The notes beneath the pieces were generated by a model, which had not been told where the DNA came from, ran no database searches, and saw only the letters and a list, made by a program, of their open reading frames with translations. 28,152 nucleotides of DNA. Origin: Elusimicrobiota bacterium. Lineage in GTDB: Bacteria > Elusimicrobiota > Elusimicrobia > UBA1565. A program made the translations under genes and the position numbers. Below are positions 27,901-28,152 of this stretch, piece after piece (within the stretch, counting starts at the first letter, position 1; each line of letters starts with the position of its first letter). The stretch lies in the NCBI GenBank assembly GCA_043827405.1, contig JBDRPD010000005.1, positions 1 through 28,152 of the forward strand. The letters are read 5' to 3'.

Positions 27901-28152
27901 TCCGAGGGCGCGCTCCAGGTTAGCAGCATGCTCGTCGCCGTATGGGTGGCGGCGCTCAAGCCGGCGACCGGCGCCGGCGGGAAGGTGTCGACCGAGGACA
28001 CGGTCCGCGTAGCGCCAAGAGCGGCGAAGTTGACGGCGTCGTTGAGGTTCAGCGCGCCGACCCGCATATAATAGGTGGTGAAGGACAGCAGGCCGACCAC
28101 GGTCAATGAGGTCGCCGCGCCGTTGCGGGTCTGCGAGCTGGTAATGGTGCCG
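15954..28152 (-). CDS. Giant surface protein (more than 4,060 aa, 5'-truncated): about 21-22 FN3-like repeats, two LamG domains, Ig-like domains, two lamin-tail domains, C-terminal PQQ-like propeller
   Basis: Recurrent W…Y…L.PNTTYYFR; LamG at about 26020-25370 and 20845-20185 (W..DEGSG, ALDF.G, WHFV, LYVDG, IDEV); INEV…DWVEIFN and INEV…EFIEFFN at about 18900-18030. The frame stays open to the window edge (GTITSSQTRNGAATS), so 28106 is not the true start. Confidence 0.93.
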   Translation of the reverse strand, partial: GTITSSQTRNGAATSLTVVGLLSFTTYYMRVGALNLNDAVNFAALGATRTVSSVDTFPPAPVAGLSAATHTATSMLLTWSAPSDPSDNPLSGNYAILYATHTGVTLSTAGAQVVFSTAGVTPGSYQSRVVSGLDANTTYYFHLWTSDIKPNWSTVSNASTAAVLSNPAADAAYAAIHQTSATVSWTPLPASPPAASAHGYRLEASSTNFGAAAPGGAVYSAAAAAVGTAELTLTGLDANTTYYYQVGSLNVAGAPNFAVLAATSTLTGQVVRLTPDFLGIFTASFTVNWAALPPAPAPQTAEGYRLAASSTAFDGTGVVLTSSTPNVALSTLTVYGLTPNVTYYFRAGGLNWNGAANYAVLPASVTLANPPLAAALPFILVGASSVTAQWTGNGNAPGTLYVVDFSTALNFSGTVLSSATRNTSAARQSLTPNSTYYARVRAANHGGIASVYTALGSTLTLANAPVPATPVFAPVFISSLTLSYDPGTPANPVGTRYDVELSSFSDFSAVYSSDTAEVSAFYAGLAPNTTYFARARGRNADGKLTSYGDMGSTATLAAQPGAPAEAFTAVGAGRFTLNWTSGTAPVGFNSTYTLFNAQISEAQDFSAALTEVSINGLSAQFGGLVPGTTYYARVRARNHQNIPTNFTTLGSTVTGDSSKPGFVSGTFEVSDSQGQYIDSSLYTDTDTPNVRIQVQSKFTPGLAVDEADSPLVRWSLDEGSGAAADDHSRNDHALNLQNSPSWISGRLGSALDFNGASNYAVSVDLAPWRSSAAHNEWTVSFWFRASVNSGYLFQTANKTDTSSGNFDADIAWHNTSGKLSAALRGAGGAQKIAEGDAAYTDGGWHFVMMVLGSSGLYLYVDGNQAGSNTGVTSNDARTYSTTIHAWVGAASKLDSNLGNGSLFANADIDEVYIDTVAFSAQEAADAYAMAGTGHRLEGPALDISIADGDVFTWTRLPGNAFTISGADGTTGVETWTATDLPVAQTAAPGAGTNQVFFIASALDGKLTTAQFTVLVDTTAPTNAVLDALTAVTTYGMTVSAQTAADALSGLAAAPYQIQAAADSGFGAITEDSGYIAAAAHVFTGLAANTTYYFRTRAKDAAGNAAGFSSSLSTSTLAKAPVALAESFLNVFQTSVTANWAARPASPQALSAEGYRLDASTAADFSGTLRTIATGDVAESTLTVAGLAADTTYYFRAGSLNWNGQAKYLSLGSTATLGAQITALDPTYLEVFPDSVTVNWAALPGGGGYILEASALADFSAGILSSTTFNAALSTLTVSGLDPNTTYYFRAGALNQGGAANFRVFPATSSLADAPTALTYDGLFASSATLSWTAPAGGAQGYVLQASASQGFGGTVLSSATPNGGLTALTLTGLDENTTYYFRAGSLNHNGAVRFGLAAATSTLAGAALSPAVVAVHLTSATLSWTAPAFGAAGDRVDASATADFSGGVISSETANGDLTTLTVETLSVNTTYYFRVGGRNWNSVLNFAADGSTSTLTNPPAGPGFGVVGVSSVSVTWSAPAGGAEGFRVDASTAASFTGNVTSSKTYNGAATSLTVVSLLSDTTYYLRVAALNWSDAPSFSAVGSTLTGTSADGTAPGPVANLSASTVSATSMLLTWTAPTDATDNPLSGNYAILYATHTNVTLATASAQVVFSTSNVAPGAYQSRLVGGLFPDSTYYFHLWTADIRPNWSSISNGTTVATLASPIENTQIAATFASSATLNWKAFAMSPASMTSVGYLLQASLDPAFGGTVHSTRTFSAALSTLTVSGLDANSTYYFRAGAVNPGDAPNFVAGGSSSTLTRAVNTLTPAFLGVFAGSVTANWAALPTTPASQTAEGYRLEASTAANFSGTVLSSATTGVAVSTLTVSGLGADTTYYFRAGGINWNGKPHFTALGSTASLAGVPTGVTFSGVFLSSMSVTWGVPAGGAQGYRVQASPAADFSGAVLTSATANGAATGLVVSGLLANTTYYVRAGSLNRNHAVNNAVTKATSTLAVAPTALAEHFLAVYAGSVTANWAARPAAPPESTAQGYVLEAAINANFSGTVLSSATANVLSSTLTVSGIGANTTYYFRVGSLNHNGAANYTVLAATRTFSSAPGAADPTFTGVFVTSAALQWTSGGNPAGTKYKVELSSVSDFGSAIRSSATYNLSALVLSLVPNATYYARVQSVNVQEIGSDFTAIGSTITLANTPAAASPVFAPVFVSSLTVGITAGSPANTAGTRYQVELSSFSSFSAVFSSNTANLSAYFSGLHPNTTYYARARARNGSWLASSYAGLGSTATLAVAPGAAAASYAAVGADRFTLSWTSGTGASGYNPADTAYEAQISDAVDFSGTLIERTVNDISYQFIGLVPGTTYYARVRARSRYNFPSAFTTYGSTLTLDSAKPGFISGTFEVSDALGAWQDAAVYTDTDTPNIRIQVQSKFAPGLSVTGTPSHLGLWHFDEGSGTDANDSGPNGHTAALQGTPKPGWITGRIGKALDFDGSQNRAVSIDLEPWRSTAGHNEWSVSMWFRTSTAQGYMFQAADSASAGAANYDAEIGWRDTSGNLAFVVTNNAGARRLVQAGGTYADGAWHFVTAVLSTTGMYLYVDGGLAASGSQVVAATARTYPSAIYAWLGAGSVQGASMGNGSRFANVDIDEVRIATTALSGDQAAETYNLAAGGHSLAAPAVAVSTEAGTDFTWLGLSTNTFSISGADGTTAVQTWTANKVPLKESLYPGAGTNSVYLVASALDSKFTTAQFTILVDTDAPTMADNQPNGDWISADPGAVFDVDFHDQASGITSAEYRIRSGAGDTGTILKVWTPFFTSTGTAHVLDEWAVDYSALQGGLNYISARAFDQVGRSTVTTDVFIIRKDDTAPTFTNNESGGDLVWRSAARSYDYAVEFHDTGGSLLQTAQYAAYTGAGQTGANPIAWTDIATDIGAADRTASWPIAFNLLEPGTNYISVRVWDYAASTATLNDAFKVWKDTVTPAPVGDLAVTQGHPVRGTLMLNWTAPGDNGTGDANTEGGYIVKVTSDGAITNQTLFDAATTYVQALVPKAAGQTESIVFAELLIETTYYFAVRAFDKAHSTAGISNSPWEVPQIKSVYINEVLAGGSGAGSDWVEIFNQTPDAHSLDGWTLSYNQGTIDTPGSEAAVWTGSGDDTISSGGFLTMIPSVDMDGGSSYHVVLRDAAGLLVGKVQWPAQAAGQSFARIADGDPDYFEVDPTPTQNIANAVTGDVKINEVNYQALADEFIEFFNIGGAADVLTDHYLRSGNAEAFRFTRTVPSGAFNAIDVTSVDNTAQTYSAAFGGSGLTAAGDYVVLENAAGQVLDRVTWESGAAYSYRSNKAVLISYSSATAGGLADPKTIGRVTNGLDTGIDAADFTEQAAGSFGATNVAGTPPAANTLSYPTSSIYFPRRFRLGLTLGADSTGGVTDSAWLIRTGGAADSKSPHLYDLAALNADLSSTGAQDVLIGGTTTYDYDGNSLVDGAVYKLVLRTDTGAGLAAALERTALTFDASLSTVSVSDATIDRVNNGARTALFKFTVNSNSPGAANGLELAQVTVQLTDKDLYPLGTASAQAIFSSIHIIADAVDNDTTGQFHAGIDTEVVVSLPSASFALDANGVQVITVGDPNDDEAKIAAGDYRRYFLAVDWAADAAAQVPNNVRATVDAETGIGIRDGLSDTMQILEDATPVTTSSSTAIAPAQPPAGTTYPRDLGGTEPGIEAGIAVSWDTDAPFVGTKDGRMISLNIDGTVKWTFTTSPAGAIKTVPFFDQVTGTDYIYFANDQGDIYKIHDGGGGSAVQDWKRDLSGTFKSAIVPTFDGGGAVDALYIGGQDGKVYKLDPATGDTDAGWSFDPSISGAFSGTAYLDNRNGVKALWIGSEGGGIYRLKTVDGTVTTSESPSAAAIRITPNLDSGGSGDSNNIFWGADDGVFRARTSANLSTIPGGWSDYTVSPSGALRSSPYISRDESPRAIYFGCDNGKLYKLNAGTGALIWARQTGAQVRGTPVMLPTSITSAGANYIYVGSDDGYVYGLKVADGAHRDGWPVYVGSPVRGELVYDYTNNAIVFGTLEGKVYVLEVGP
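19910..27990 (-). repeat. Internal super-repeat in the giant gene (copy A about 27990-25095, copy B about 23375-19910)
   Basis: Both copies share TSMLLTW.AP.D..DNPLSGNYAILYATHT…YYFHLWT.DI.PNWS, the same last three FN3 types, and KPGF.SGTFEVSD…YTDTDTPN.RIQVQSKF.PGL…TAQFT.LVDT.AP. Confidence 0.9.

Noticed and set aside
15954..28152. DGR template/variable repeats or a C-terminal toxin in the giant gene
   Set aside because: No reverse transcriptase is present, repeat differences are not adenine-specific, and the C-terminus is a propeller with no immunity-like gene after it.

Overview
High-GC bacterial chromosome segment; the gene content (PorV/PorQ-family barrel, T9SS-like sorting domain, giant FN3/LamG protein, GT-C glycosyltransferase) suggests Elusimicrobiota or a similar lineage, which is an inference. 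Bases 1 to about 3850 are the end of a lower-GC integrative element inserted at tRNA-Ala(CGC). It carries a tyrosine integrase with arm-site-like repeats and a two-gene cargo: an unknown 580-aa membrane protein and a HEPN (AbiU2-like) RNase, together a candidate anti-phage system. The host backbone has two covarying palindromes, thpR-mltG, a GT-C glycosyltransferase, an acyl-CoA mutase large subunit with isobutyryl-CoA-mutase-type residues, and a degenerate HD-GYP operon; three genes look leaderless. The right 17 kb is a minus-strand cluster: a 5'-truncated giant protein of more than 4,060 aa (FN3 repeats, two LamG, two lamin-tail domains, PQQ propeller), a propeller protein with a T9SS-like C-terminal domain, a PorV-family protein with an unusual C-terminal extension, and a three-part outer-membrane protein. 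All family calls come from reading motifs by eye; no searches were run.
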